Source of the DNA: a virus
Direction: 5' to 3' (one strand)
Virus record (IMG/VR): IMGVR_UViG_3300045988_130114
Span: 12,650-76,649 of that record
DNA: 64,000 nt
The notes under the pieces are model-generated. The model searched no databases. It worked only from the letters and a program-made list of their open reading frames with translations, and was not told the DNA's origin. A program made the position numbers and the translations under genes. This document shows positions 44,997-54,305 of this stretch, piece by piece. How positions within the stretch are numbered: position 1 is the stretch's first letter; each line of letters starts with the position of its first letter.

Positions 44997-47533
44997 TGGA
45001 CGCAATAGGATTAAATCCAATTAAGCTTGATGCGATAGGGCTTGATCCTATTCGCATGAATGCGATACGCTTAGGAGTTCCGGGAGCTTCTTCCGGTTCC
45101 GCCCGTCCCTACATCGACCCCGACTTGCTCAAGCACGTCAAGATGGCCATCTCCACCTGGGGCAAGTCCAACGACGACCCCGACCGGGCAATCTTGAAGG
45201 ACTTGTCCGGCAACGGGAACGACATGCGCCTGCTGAACTTCGGATTTGCAGAGGGCAGTGGATATGGGCTGTATGGAACTGATTTTACTACTTATCAAAC
45301 TGTTCCTGCCTCTGTAGAAGTTGTTAGAACACATAATAAACTATCTGCTACAAATCATGGCATTATAGGTCATATGATTATCTATAAAACCATTGAAGAT
45401 TCTTCTAGTTATCCGGATACTCCTGCTTTTAAAATAAAAGTTACTAATTTAACTAGCGAATTAAGATACTTTTATGTTAGTGAGACCAATACGGCTATCA
45501 GAACTTCAATTGCTATTACTTCTGATGGAGTGTATGATTTGCCTGAATCTAAGAATACATTATTTAATGGCACAGAACCTATTAATATTGGATTCTCAAC
45601 ATCCGCCGGCGGTTCTGTTACTATCGAGCAACTCCCCGACTTCGAAGGCTGGCTATGTACAGACGGAGTAGACGACATAATCGAGTCCGTCAAGCCCGTC
45701 TCTGAGATGTTGGAGGGTAGCAATGAGATTACGGTGGTGAGTATTATTCATCAGATATCAACTCCAAATACCAATAATTATACTAATGTAATTAGAACTA
45801 AAGCTGATTCTTATGGTGTTTCTATCGCAGTAGGGAAAGATGTAAGCAATGGTAAAACAGGAATATATGGATATACGGTAAAAGAAGGTAGTGCTACTAT
45901 TATTAATTCAATATTAGGAGATAAAGCTGATTATACCCTTAGATACAACAATATTAATGCAAATATTGATTCTAAATTTTTTGTACAGGGTTGGTATCTT
46001 AATGGAAGTTACAGAGAATTATCTCAGATCGCTTACGCCGGAGGCTTCATCGCCAACAAAGTCCTGACCACCGACGAAATCAATCAGATCATCTCCTATT
46101 TCAACTTGGACCGTCCGGGACAGATTATCAAGCCTCAGTTGTACTACAACATCAAGAAGCAGGGTATCACAAACGAGAACCACGCAGAGTTCAACGATCA
46201 GTTGATTGACTTTGTAGGAGGTCACAACATTCAGCTAAACAATATCGGCTGGGAAGGAGAGAGTGGTATCAATAGCTATCCTGTAATTTTCGGTGTTAAT
46301 AAGACTTGGAATGCTCAAGGTAGTAAAGAGGATGATAAATATTATATTTATACTAGTAGTGCTAATAAGTATAATATTACACAAATTAAAATTAGTAGTT
46401 CTTTATTTTATAGTTATATAAAAAGGAATGGAGAGTTAACTAGTGATAATAAAGATATACCATCTTTTAAACTTAAAGTAACTGGATTAGACTATGATAA
46501 ATTTTACTTAGCTTATTATTATTTAAAATCATCAGATGTAGAAGTTAAGAATGTTACTAATATTACTTCTGATGGAATTTATGAATTGCCTAAATCGTTT
46601 GCTAGTGACGGAAGTTTAACTGAAACTAATTCTTACATAGGATTAAGTTTTATTAGAAAATCAGCTAATATTCCTGATGTAGTAAAAAATGTAAATGTTA
46701 CCATCGAAGTCCTCCCCACCATCGAACACGCTCTCAGCCTAGACGGAATCAACGACTTCGGCAAGGTAACCGGTCTCCCTGTTTTGAAGGACTATACGGT
46801 AGTGGCTCTTCGTAAATGGTTATATGGTGATTCTGTAACAAGTACTGAAACTGGCTCTATTGTTTCTAAATGTAAAGTTGGTAATAACGGTGCTTTTATT
46901 TTAGAACAGACGTTTAATCGAAATCCTTCTCGCTCTAGCACCTTTTCTTTTGGCACAATTAACTCGTTGATGAGTAACGATAAGTTGAACGAAGAATCAT
47001 TTACTTATCAAACTAAATATAGTTATAACGGGGAGACTATAGTATCTGGTTCCGGTGTTGATGGTGACTCCATGTGGCTAGGAACGATTAGAGACGGTGA
47101 TGCTCGTTTCTCTAAACTTGCATTATGGTCTCTCATGCTCTTCCCCTACAGTCTCTCCGAGTTCCTGTTGGAACGCCAACTGAGAAAGTACAAGGCAGGA
47201 ACGCTATATCCGGATATGATTGAGTTCAGACCGATTGTAAAGAGTAACATCCCTTACTCTTCAATCTCCTACTCAGTTAATCCAGGAGAATACATTGTCG
47301 AAGGTAGCGCAGTAACTATCACCATAACCTTGTCAAATGCTTCTGATAAACTGGTCGGTGTATCATCCAACGCCATCAGCGACATATCCACCTCTGGAGA
47401 CAATGGTGTCTATGAAGTAACCGGAAAGGTCGCCAAGTCTCCTCAGAAGATCAGCATAGTTATCTCCAGCTACTTGACAATGTTAGGTAACGAGACTTTA
47501 ATTTCGAATAAAAAATTAATTAAAAACGAATAA
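44996..47533 (+). CDS. receptor-binding / fibre-like protein with internal duplication and mosaic composition
   Basis: 845 aa. Two copies of a PxFK(I/L)KVT(N/G)L...ITSDG(V/I)Y(D/E)LP(E/K)S module, each followed by IE(Q/V)LP...DG(V/I)(D/N)D (LamG-like). Confidence 0.5.
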   Translation: MDAIGLNPIKLDAIGLDPIRMNAIRLGVPGASSGSARPYIDPDLLKHVKMAISTWGKSNDDPDRAILKDLSGNGNDMRLLNFGFAEGSGYGLYGTDFTTYQTVPASVEVVRTHNKLSATNHGIIGHMIIYKTIEDSSSYPDTPAFKIKVTNLTSELRYFYVSETNTAIRTSIAITSDGVYDLPESKNTLFNGTEPINIGFSTSAGGSVTIEQLPDFEGWLCTDGVDDIIESVKPVSEMLEGSNEITVVSIIHQISTPNTNNYTNVIRTKADSYGVSIAVGKDVSNGKTGIYGYTVKEGSATIINSILGDKADYTLRYNNINANIDSKFFVQGWYLNGSYRELSQIAYAGGFIANKVLTTDEINQIISYFNLDRPGQIIKPQLYYNIKKQGITNENHAEFNDQLIDFVGGHNIQLNNIGWEGESGINSYPVIFGVNKTWNAQGSKEDDKYYIYTSSANKYNITQIKISSSLFYSYIKRNGELTSDNKDIPSFKLKVTGLDYDKFYLAYYYLKSSDVEVKNVTNITSDGIYELPKSFASDGSLTETNSYIGLSFIRKSANIPDVVKNVNVTIEVLPTIEHALSLDGINDFGKVTGLPVLKDYTVVALRKWLYGDSVTSTETGSIVSKCKVGNNGAFILEQTFNRNPSRSSTFSFGTINSLMSNDKLNEESFTYQTKYSYNGETIVSGSGVDGDSMWLGTIRDGDARFSKLALWSLMLFPYSLSEFLLERQLRKYKAGTLYPDMIEFRPIVKSNIPYSSISYSVNPGEYIVEGSAVTITITLSNASDKLVGVSSNAISDISTSGDNGVYEVTGKVAKSPQKISIVISSYLTMLGNETLISNKKLIKNE

Positions 47534-47534
47534 T

Positions 47535-49175
47535 ATGGAAAAGATATTTGATATAGCAAAGGACTCCGAAAAGTCGTGGGGAGTCATTGCGCAAGGGATA
47601 GATGGGAATTTTGAGGAGTTAAGCCTCAAAGTGGACGGAACGCGGAGGATTACTGGTAAGGATTTCTATAATGGACTGTATGAGTATGGAACCGGTATCA
47701 AGGATAGCAGGTATAATGTTGTATGTGGCCCATTGAAAATTTCTGTAGGAGAAAAAATAAACATTGTTCCTTCTGGTACAACAAAAATGGGAGCAAGAAT
47801 ATTCGACAGCGAGAATCTCACCAATGCGACTACGTTGAAGAATACAATTGATATATTATCAGAATACGAATATATTTCAGAATTTGACGGATATATTCTT
47901 TTTAGCGCAAACGACACAAGAGGTGTTGTTATTTCTGCTGAAACATGCACAGTTTCAATTTCGCTTGTCAACAATTTAACAGATAAGATAAACGACAAGA
48001 TTGAAAAGTTAGAAGAAGAAGTTTCAAATTTAGATATTAATATATGTTGCACTCCATTTTCTCACGTAAATACGACGATAGTAAACGATTGCCAGCATAG
48101 CGATTCGTATGAATTGTCAAACGGAGAAATTGACGCAACAAACAAACTGCTTTGGAATCATTCGTTGCATATAAACAACGGAAATGTTGTGTTTAAGATA
48201 AATCCTATTAACCTTGTTGACAATGTTTTATCGTTAAAGATGATGATAAATAGCATTGCATCAAGCGAAAAAAGCGTAGAGGTTAAGATATATAACAACA
48301 CAGAGTCAAACAATTACTATGTTTATGAATTGATGCGGGCAAACGTCAACACTGTATATGGCACATGGCGTGAATACACAATACCATCACTTGCGTATTG
48401 GTATAAAAATGGAAATTCTGTCAATCTAGAGAGTATCGACAGAATATCTATCAGTGGAGTTAATTGCGATTTTAATGTACAGTATGTAGGAATTAAGTCA
48501 AATAGACTGAAAAAAGGTATTGTGACATTTACATTTGACGACGGCTATAAGTCACAAGCTCTTGCTATGAAGGCTCTCGCAGAAAGAGGATTGAGCGGAA
48601 CTATCTTTGCAATAAAGGATACTTTTAGCTATGGCGATGATAGTGAATACCTCAACTTAAATGGATTTAGAGAAGTTGTTGATAAATATAACGCTGATAT
48701 AGAGTGTCACGGAGCATCATCATTTGATGATATGTCAGACGATAATGAATTGGCTACGTATATGCAGCAAACGAAACAAATGCTTATTGATAACGGACTT
48801 GGAAAGGGAGACTATATGGCATATCCAAATGGATTCCACTCTGATCGAGTTGTCAACATTGCGAAAAGATTCTTTAAGGCATGCCGAACAATCCAGAATT
48901 ATATACCGATGGAAACCTATCCCCCGTATGATTTGTATCGAATAAGAGCGTACAGTAATATCAAGTCATCAAGTACAGACAAGATTAAACAGCTTATTGA
49001 CAGGTCTGTAGCTTCTGGGGCATGGCTTATTTTAGTATATCATAAAATTGAAGATGGAGAAACGGGGATGTATTGCAGCCTTGAGTCATTAGAGGAAGTA
49101 ATTGACTATGCTGTCAATTCGGGTATTAGGATTATGAACTTTAAGGATGTCTTTGAATCTGGAGTCGTTATTTAA
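47535..49175 (+). CDS. tail-associated protein with C-terminal polysaccharide deacetylase (NodB) domain
   Basis: GIVTFTFDDGYKSQ...LSGTIFAI...CHG motifs. Confidence 0.6.
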   Translation: MEKIFDIAKDSEKSWGVIAQGIDGNFEELSLKVDGTRRITGKDFYNGLYEYGTGIKDSRYNVVCGPLKISVGEKINIVPSGTTKMGARIFDSENLTNATTLKNTIDILSEYEYISEFDGYILFSANDTRGVVISAETCTVSISLVNNLTDKINDKIEKLEEEVSNLDINICCTPFSHVNTTIVNDCQHSDSYELSNGEIDATNKLLWNHSLHINNGNVVFKINPINLVDNVLSLKMMINSIASSEKSVEVKIYNNTESNNYYVYELMRANVNTVYGTWREYTIPSLAYWYKNGNSVNLESIDRISISGVNCDFNVQYVGIKSNRLKKGIVTFTFDDGYKSQALAMKALAERGLSGTIFAIKDTFSYGDDSEYLNLNGFREVVDKYNADIECHGASSFDDMSDDNELATYMQQTKQMLIDNGLGKGDYMAYPNGFHSDRVVNIAKRFFKACRTIQNYIPMETYPPYDLYRIRAYSNIKSSSTDKIKQLIDRSVASGAWLILVYHKIEDGETGMYCSLESLEEVIDYAVNSGIRIMNFKDVFESGVVI

Positions 49176-49232
49176 CGTAAGTCAACTACTTAAGATAACT
49201 CAATATTAACTGACTTGTTATAAAAAGCAATT

Positions 49233-49505
49233 ATGAAATACACTGTATTCCCAACAATTGACTTGCAAGAGGTTCCTCAAGAGGAGATAGACAAGCGTAA
49301 CCTTGTACCTCGCAAGAGCGTAAATGAAAGTAAAACTTTGATGAAATGCCAGCACTATGCTGAGTTATTTCCTCATAAGATGATTAAGACTATTGCTGAT
49401 GACGGAACGGAAGAGCTATCTTTTCCTTATCCTACCTATGAAGGCGAAGAGTTGAATACTTTATTATCCGGTCCGGAGTGGTCATCAAGTGAAAGTATCA
49501 TATGA
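49233..49505 (+). CDS. hypothetical protein
   Basis: 90-aa ORF. Confidence 0.4.
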   Translation: MKYTVFPTIDLQEVPQEEIDKRNLVPRKSVNESKTLMKCQHYAELFPHKMIKTIADDGTEELSFPYPTYEGEELNTLLSGPEWSSSESII

Positions 49506-49966
49506 AATCTCTCCCTTGGATATTAGTCTGCCTGCTTGTATGCGTGGTCGTGTGGATGCGTTGTAATCCGCACGATCCATCAACGGTGTACATTAAGGGA
49601 GATACTGTACGTATCCGGGATACGATAAGAGACACCATTCCCATACCGGTAAAGGAAACTCTGAAGCGTACCGATACGGTGTATTTGCCGATTATAGTAG
49701 ATACCACTACCGACAGAACCGTAGAAGGCGATTCGGTTCCGGTACTTATACCGATAACAAGCAAGGAGTATAAGACTGATGATTACCGGGCAGTGGTTAG
49801 CGGTTATAAGCCCAGCCTTGACTTTATGGAAGTCTACAGAGAAAAGGAAATCATTACTCTAAAACCAAAGCAAAAACACTGGGGGCTTGGCCTGCAAGTA
49901 GGCTACGGTTATCCAGGTGGATTGTATGTCGGTGGTGGAGTAAGTTATAATTTATTTATGTGGTAA
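49502..49966 (+). CDS. membrane-anchored protein (spanin-like?)
   Basis: N-terminal hydrophobic anchor MKSLPWILVCLLVCVVVW and Gly/Tyr-rich C-terminus. Confidence 0.35.
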   Translation: MKSLPWILVCLLVCVVVWMRCNPHDPSTVYIKGDTVRIRDTIRDTIPIPVKETLKRTDTVYLPIIVDTTTDRTVEGDSVPVLIPITSKEYKTDDYRAVVSGYKPSLDFMEVYREKEIITLKPKQKHWGLGLQVGYGYPGGLYVGGGVSYNLFMW

Positions 49967-50334
49967 TACCGGCACTATCTTCACAGACCGTTTCCGGTAT
50001 GAAAAGTTTAAGTTGTATTTATATAACAATTTCCATTGGAAAAAGGTTTATTAAGAAAGGAGGACAAAATGAGACATTAATTGATTATTAAGCACTAAGT
50101 TATCCGGTAAAGTAGAAGGCCGGTTATCATAACAAATGTAACTCTTTTGGGGGATAGAGTAAAAAAGAACCCCCAACACTGAAAGTTGACGCCAATCGAA
50201 CTTTTTAGCATACCAAAAGCATACATAGGTAGTGTCGGGGGTATAATATCCTTAACATTCCTATATATGCTTTTGTTTATTTGGTACTGAGTACGATTGG
50301 CAAAGGCAAAAGTACAACAAAAAATTAAATTACT

Positions 50335-50631
50335 ATGTGTAAGTCAGAGATTTTTGCCGAGATTCTAAATATTGTTGGGAAAGAAACTGAAGTTTCTACT
50401 GAATTGATCCTTTCATCAAGTAAAGTTACTGAAGTTGTTGACGCCCGTTCTATTGTAGTATTCTTCCTCACTGAATACGGGCTATATCCTGAACAAATAG
50501 CGACTTTGCTTCACAAGACATCCGCTAGTATCCGTTATCTTATATCTACTTTTGAAAGCCGTAAACTGGCAAACAAAATGATTGCAATATATCTGCAAAA
50601 TATTCGCAAATCGCTTGAAAATGAGCTCTGA
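50335..50631 (+). CDS. DnaA C-terminal-like HTH protein
   Basis: SSSKVTEVVDARSIVVFFLTEYGLYPEQIATLLHKTSASIRYLIS resembles the DnaA domain IV pattern. Confidence 0.4.
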   Translation: MCKSEIFAEILNIVGKETEVSTELILSSSKVTEVVDARSIVVFFLTEYGLYPEQIATLLHKTSASIRYLISTFESRKLANKMIAIYLQNIRKSLENEL

Positions 50632-50700
50632 TTTACCGTATTTCTATTATATACTTTTGTGATGCGGTTAATATTGACCGTGTTATAATTGTATATCAAT

Positions 50701-51678
50701 ATGAGTGAAACAAAGACTTACGTTTTCCCGGAGTCAGGCGGGAACGGTGGCGGTAGTGGAATGATGGCCATGCTGGCTCCTCTATTGCAGCAGAAAGGAA
50801 TTGATCCGAACTTGTTGGTAGCTATGAATGGCAAGAACAACAATAGCGGCTTCGGTGGGGAAGGATCATGGTTTATATGGGTGATTTTTTTGTTTTTCCT
50901 TATGGGATGGGGAAACAATGGAAATGGATGGGGAAACAATGGCGGCGGCAACAACGCAGGCGGAATCCCTAATCTTATCAACAACGATGCAGGAAGGGAG
51001 TTGCTTATGAGTGCTATCCAGGGAAATGGTCAGGCTATCAATACGCTGGCTACCAATTTGAATTGCTCTGTAGGGCAAATTCAACAGTCTATCAACAGCG
51101 TCATGACGCAGATTCAGGGAGTAGGCAACCAAATCGGGATGTCTTCACAGCAGATTATCAACTCCGTGCAAGCTGGTAACTGTCAAATAGCACAAGCAAT
51201 CGCAGACTGTTGCTGCAAGACGCAGAATGCTATTACTACGCAAGGCTATGAAAGTCAGTTGGCTATCTGCAACCAGACTAATACCTTGGTGAACACGGCC
51301 AACCAGAACACCCTGTCATTACGTGACGGAGCAACCGCAAATACAAATGCTATTTTGGGGAAACTGGATGCAATGCAGAATCAGGCCTTACTGGACAAGA
51401 TCGATGCGCTTCGTGAGGCTAAATCAGCTTTGCAAACTCAGTTATCACAGGAACATCAAACATCGACATTCGGGCAAATGATTGGTCAGGCAACAGCTCC
51501 TCTGGGTGCTGCTTTAGGTGATCTCAGTTCGCGCCTGGCAAAAATCGAGTGTAAACAACCAGAGACTGTTACTGTTCCTTACAGTCCTATTGCGGCAGTT
51601 CCCAACTGTGTAGCATACCAATACGGCTTGTATGGTGGTTTCAATCCTTACGCTGCCGGTAATGGCTTTTGGGGTTAA
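50701..51678 (+). CDS. Gly/Asn/Gln-rich membrane protein with Cys cluster
   Basis: One TM segment (WFIWVIFLFFLMGW), GNNGNGWGNNGGGNNAGG, CCCK and Q/N-rich helical repeats. Confidence 0.5.
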   Translation: MSETKTYVFPESGGNGGGSGMMAMLAPLLQQKGIDPNLLVAMNGKNNNSGFGGEGSWFIWVIFLFFLMGWGNNGNGWGNNGGGNNAGGIPNLINNDAGRELLMSAIQGNGQAINTLATNLNCSVGQIQQSINSVMTQIQGVGNQIGMSSQQIINSVQAGNCQIAQAIADCCCKTQNAITTQGYESQLAICNQTNTLVNTANQNTLSLRDGATANTNAILGKLDAMQNQALLDKIDALREAKSALQTQLSQEHQTSTFGQMIGQATAPLGAALGDLSSRLAKIECKQPETVTVPYSPIAAVPNCVAYQYGLYGGFNPYAAGNGFWG

Positions 51679-51696
51679 TAGAGGAAGGAGGCTATT

Positions 51697-52038
51697 ATGG
51701 CAGTATATCCTTTCCAATTTGTAAACCGTAGGGGTTCTGCGGCTATATCAACCTCGGGAGTAACGGTCAATACTGCTAATGTGGTGTTTTCCTTTCCCAA
51801 CCACGCCTTTGTTAACGCATGGTATAGAGGGACAATATACATCGACATTGCCCAAGCGGTACCTACCGGAACAACCGGCACGCTTCCTGTTCTGTTTGAG
51901 ACCAATGGAGCTACCCAGGCGGTCACTAAATATAATGGAGAAGCTCTGACTGCGGCAGACATTCCCGGTACTGGTGTGTATGAGTTCTGGTTTGACCGTG
52001 CTACCAACACGTTGCAGATTATGACCGGAGTAGTTTAA
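51697..52038 (+). CDS. hypothetical protein
   Basis: 113-aa ORF, beta-rich by eye. Confidence 0.45.
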   Translation: MAVYPFQFVNRRGSAAISTSGVTVNTANVVFSFPNHAFVNAWYRGTIYIDIAQAVPTGTTGTLPVLFETNGATQAVTKYNGEALTAADIPGTGVYEFWFDRATNTLQIMTGVV

Positions 52039-52087
52039 AAACAACAATGGGCGGGAGCAATCCCGCTCCTTAAAGAGTTAATTAATT

Positions 52088-52621
52088 ATGCCTTTTCAGA
52101 ATTTAAGAACAAACAGCGAGTTCTTTGTCCTTCATAGGGACGGTACTCCATATATAGAAGTAGGATCTGTAGCCGGGGTTTCCAATCCTGTGCCGGAGTT
52201 TATGCAACAACCTCTTCCCTATGGGCAGCCCCCGAGAATGGTGGTTGATATAACAATCAAGGTCGGGGAGCAGACGGTGACTTTCCAAAAGATACCGGCA
52301 ATGTCTGACATTGCTGATGCAAACTTTCCCGGAGGTGGGAATATGGTAATATCCGGCTCAAGGGAATCGATGAATGCGGAAGTTGCCGCCATGCGCAACC
52401 GCTCTTCGGAGATATTGGGCAGTGTTGATCATCATCGTTCCGTCATAGAGTCATGCGACAAGATGCTTCAGGTCCTTAATCCTGAATTTGCAGAACGCCA
52501 GCGTCAGGAAGCGGAAAATAAAGCGCTTCGGCAAGAACTTAGCGAATTGAAGGCTATGATGGCTGATTTCTTCAAGTCTTCTGAAAAGACATCTGGTAGT
52601 AACAATTCTAAAAAACAATAG
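52088..52621 (+). CDS. hypothetical protein with C-terminal coiled coil
   Basis: 177-aa ORF. Confidence 0.45.
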   Translation: MPFQNLRTNSEFFVLHRDGTPYIEVGSVAGVSNPVPEFMQQPLPYGQPPRMVVDITIKVGEQTVTFQKIPAMSDIADANFPGGGNMVISGSRESMNAEVAAMRNRSSEILGSVDHHRSVIESCDKMLQVLNPEFAERQRQEAENKALRQELSELKAMMADFFKSSEKTSGSNNSKKQ

Positions 52622-52622
52622 T

Positions 52623-52892
52623 ATGATGATGATTGAGATTTCCGAGAGCAAGGTCGAGAAAATGTCCGACTACGCTGAAAAGATGCTTAAATACGGTGGT
52701 AAGCTGATGCAATGCATCGAAGAATTATCCGGTGGTGAAAGCATGGGAAGACGTGAACGTTATTATGACGATGACGACGACCGCTATGACGAGATGGGTG
52801 AACGTGGTGATTATGGTGGCGGTTCCGGTCGTGGCGGCTATGGCGAAAGACGCGGCGTACGTGGTACAGGACGCTATTCCCGTTATCGTTAA
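52623..52892 (+). CDS. Asp-run / RGG-rich small protein
   Basis: RERYYDDDDDRYDEMGERGDYGGGSGRGGYGERRGVRGTGRYSRYR. Confidence 0.45.
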   Translation: MMMIEISESKVEKMSDYAEKMLKYGGKLMQCIEELSGGESMGRRERYYDDDDDRYDEMGERGDYGGGSGRGGYGERRGVRGTGRYSRYR

Positions 52893-52942
52893 TGTTTAAT
52901 TAGGGGGTGGATCATTTCTACTCCCTATAACTTTATTTAATC

Positions 52943-53365
52943 ATGAGGAGAGAACCTTTGGATATAAGAGATAGAAGACCGGAAGAAATGGAAGCTTACT
53001 TGTCTAACTTCGGTTGGCATTTCAATAAGAAAATGTGCGAGTTTGCAGTGTCGCTCATGAAAAAGCTTAATCCTTCTACCGGTAAAAAAGAGCGGATTGA
53101 ACCGATATCGAAAGAGAAAGTAGATGAGTTGCTTACCCGCTATGGCATAAAGCTTGAAAATAATGCGCTATATGATTATGTTTATGTAGCCAACATGGGT
53201 AAGGCAGATTATCTGAAGTCATCTATTCCCGACGAAGCGCATTTGGCTCTTTATATAAAGGATACAATTGATGACCCTGATGCTCCTGACGGGGCAACGA
53301 TGAGAAGATGGTATGCGACAATGATTGCTGCCGGAGAACCTATTGAATGGGACGAAACGCTTTGA
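52943..53365 (+). CDS. hypothetical protein
   Basis: 140-aa ORF. Confidence 0.45.
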   Translation: MRREPLDIRDRRPEEMEAYLSNFGWHFNKKMCEFAVSLMKKLNPSTGKKERIEPISKEKVDELLTRYGIKLENNALYDYVYVANMGKADYLKSSIPDEAHLALYIKDTIDDPDAPDGATMRRWYATMIAAGEPIEWDETL

Positions 53366-53368
53366 TGA

Positions 53369-53803
53369 ATGATACGACAACGGTTTGCATTACCCAAGTA
53401 TGAATGGAGCTGCATGGTATATTATGCAGTAGATACATATTATACAGAGGAAATACTGGATAATATGCATTCCATCGGTTGCGACGGTGATATGCTTCGT
53501 ACTGCGTATGAGAATATTAGCTCCGGCAATTTGAATACCGGAGTTACTTATTCCAACTTCGGCACCCGGGAAACAGTAATGGTCATTGCCCTTACTTCGT
53601 CCCCAAAGGAATTTGCCAAGTCCTGGCGGCATGAATGCGGGCACATGGCTACTCATATTTGCCAGGCGTTCGGTATAGACCCTTACGGGGAGGAAATTCA
53701 GTATATCGGAGATGATATCATCGAAAAGACATGGGAGTATGCTAAGACATTGTTATGTGAGTGTGACTGCTGTAAAAACAAGGTCAAACATTTAATACGC
53801 TAA
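53369..53803 (+). CDS. HExxH-motif protein (putative metallopeptidase-like)
   Basis: WRHECGHMATH plus a C-terminal CECDCC cluster. Confidence 0.4.
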   Translation: MIRQRFALPKYEWSCMVYYAVDTYYTEEILDNMHSIGCDGDMLRTAYENISSGNLNTGVTYSNFGTRETVMVIALTSSPKEFAKSWRHECGHMATHICQAFGIDPYGEEIQYIGDDIIEKTWEYAKTLLCECDCCKNKVKHLIR

Positions 53804-53806
53804 TCC

Positions 53807-53971
53807 ATGAAGAATAAAGAAATTAAGAAAGCATTAAAGAGTGATACGCCTATCAACAGTATGTATGCTCTTATTCCAGGCAATAGGTTGCAGGCTTTCA
53901 AAAAGTTTGCCTCCCGATTTGGATTTACTGAAGAACGAATAAAAACAGTGCTCGAAAATGAGAAACGATAA
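53807..53971 (+). CDS. small hypothetical protein (54 aa)
   Basis: Hand-translated MKNKEIKKALKSD...VLENEKR*. Confidence 0.3.
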   Translation: MKNKEIKKALKSDTPINSMYALIPGNRLQAFKKFASRFGFTEERIKTVLENEKR

Positions 53972-54215
53972 GCTGGACATATTGCTTGAACAGGCCGACG
54001 ACCGGTATCACTCGGATTTCTGCCGGCTCCTGCTTGTGATGCTATGGAACGCCTAGAAAGGTGGTTGTATTGGCTGATTCCTCTTGCAATTATTGCAAGG
54101 GTTATATCTTTGTGTGTATAATTGATATTGTAACTTGATGAGTGTAAAACATATAAAATAATCTATTTTTTATTGCAATTTATCTTCTACCTTTTGCAGA
54201 TACAAATTAAATTCA

Positions 54216-54223
54216 TACATTTG
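54216..54223 (+). promoter_or_regulatory. Bacteroides-type -7 box TACATTTG
   Basis: Exact TAnnTTTG match upstream of the NYN gene. Confidence 0.45.
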
Positions 54224-54237
54224 CAGCACATGATTAT

Positions 54238-54300
54238 GCCTTTGGCTTACGTTTGTCCCCCTCTTGATAATGGGCATGCCTAACCAAAGGCCATTTTTTT
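54238..54300 (+). promoter_or_regulatory. terminator-like hairpin plus T7 tract in the 5' leader of the NYN gene (attenuator candidate)
   Basis: GCCTTTGG (54238-45) pairs with CCAAAGGC (54284-91), followed by T7 at 54294-54300. ATG at 54306. Confidence 0.35.
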
Positions 54301-54305
54301 ATTTT

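Noticed and set aside
25457-49990. A 15-nt inverted repeat: GGTCTGTGAAGATAG at about 25457-25471 and its reverse complement at about 49976-49990. The two copies bracket the tail, fibre and lysis block, so I considered an invertible segment.
   Set aside because: Flanking bases do not extend the match. One or two 15-mer inverted matches are expected by chance in 64 kb, and no invertase gene is nearby.
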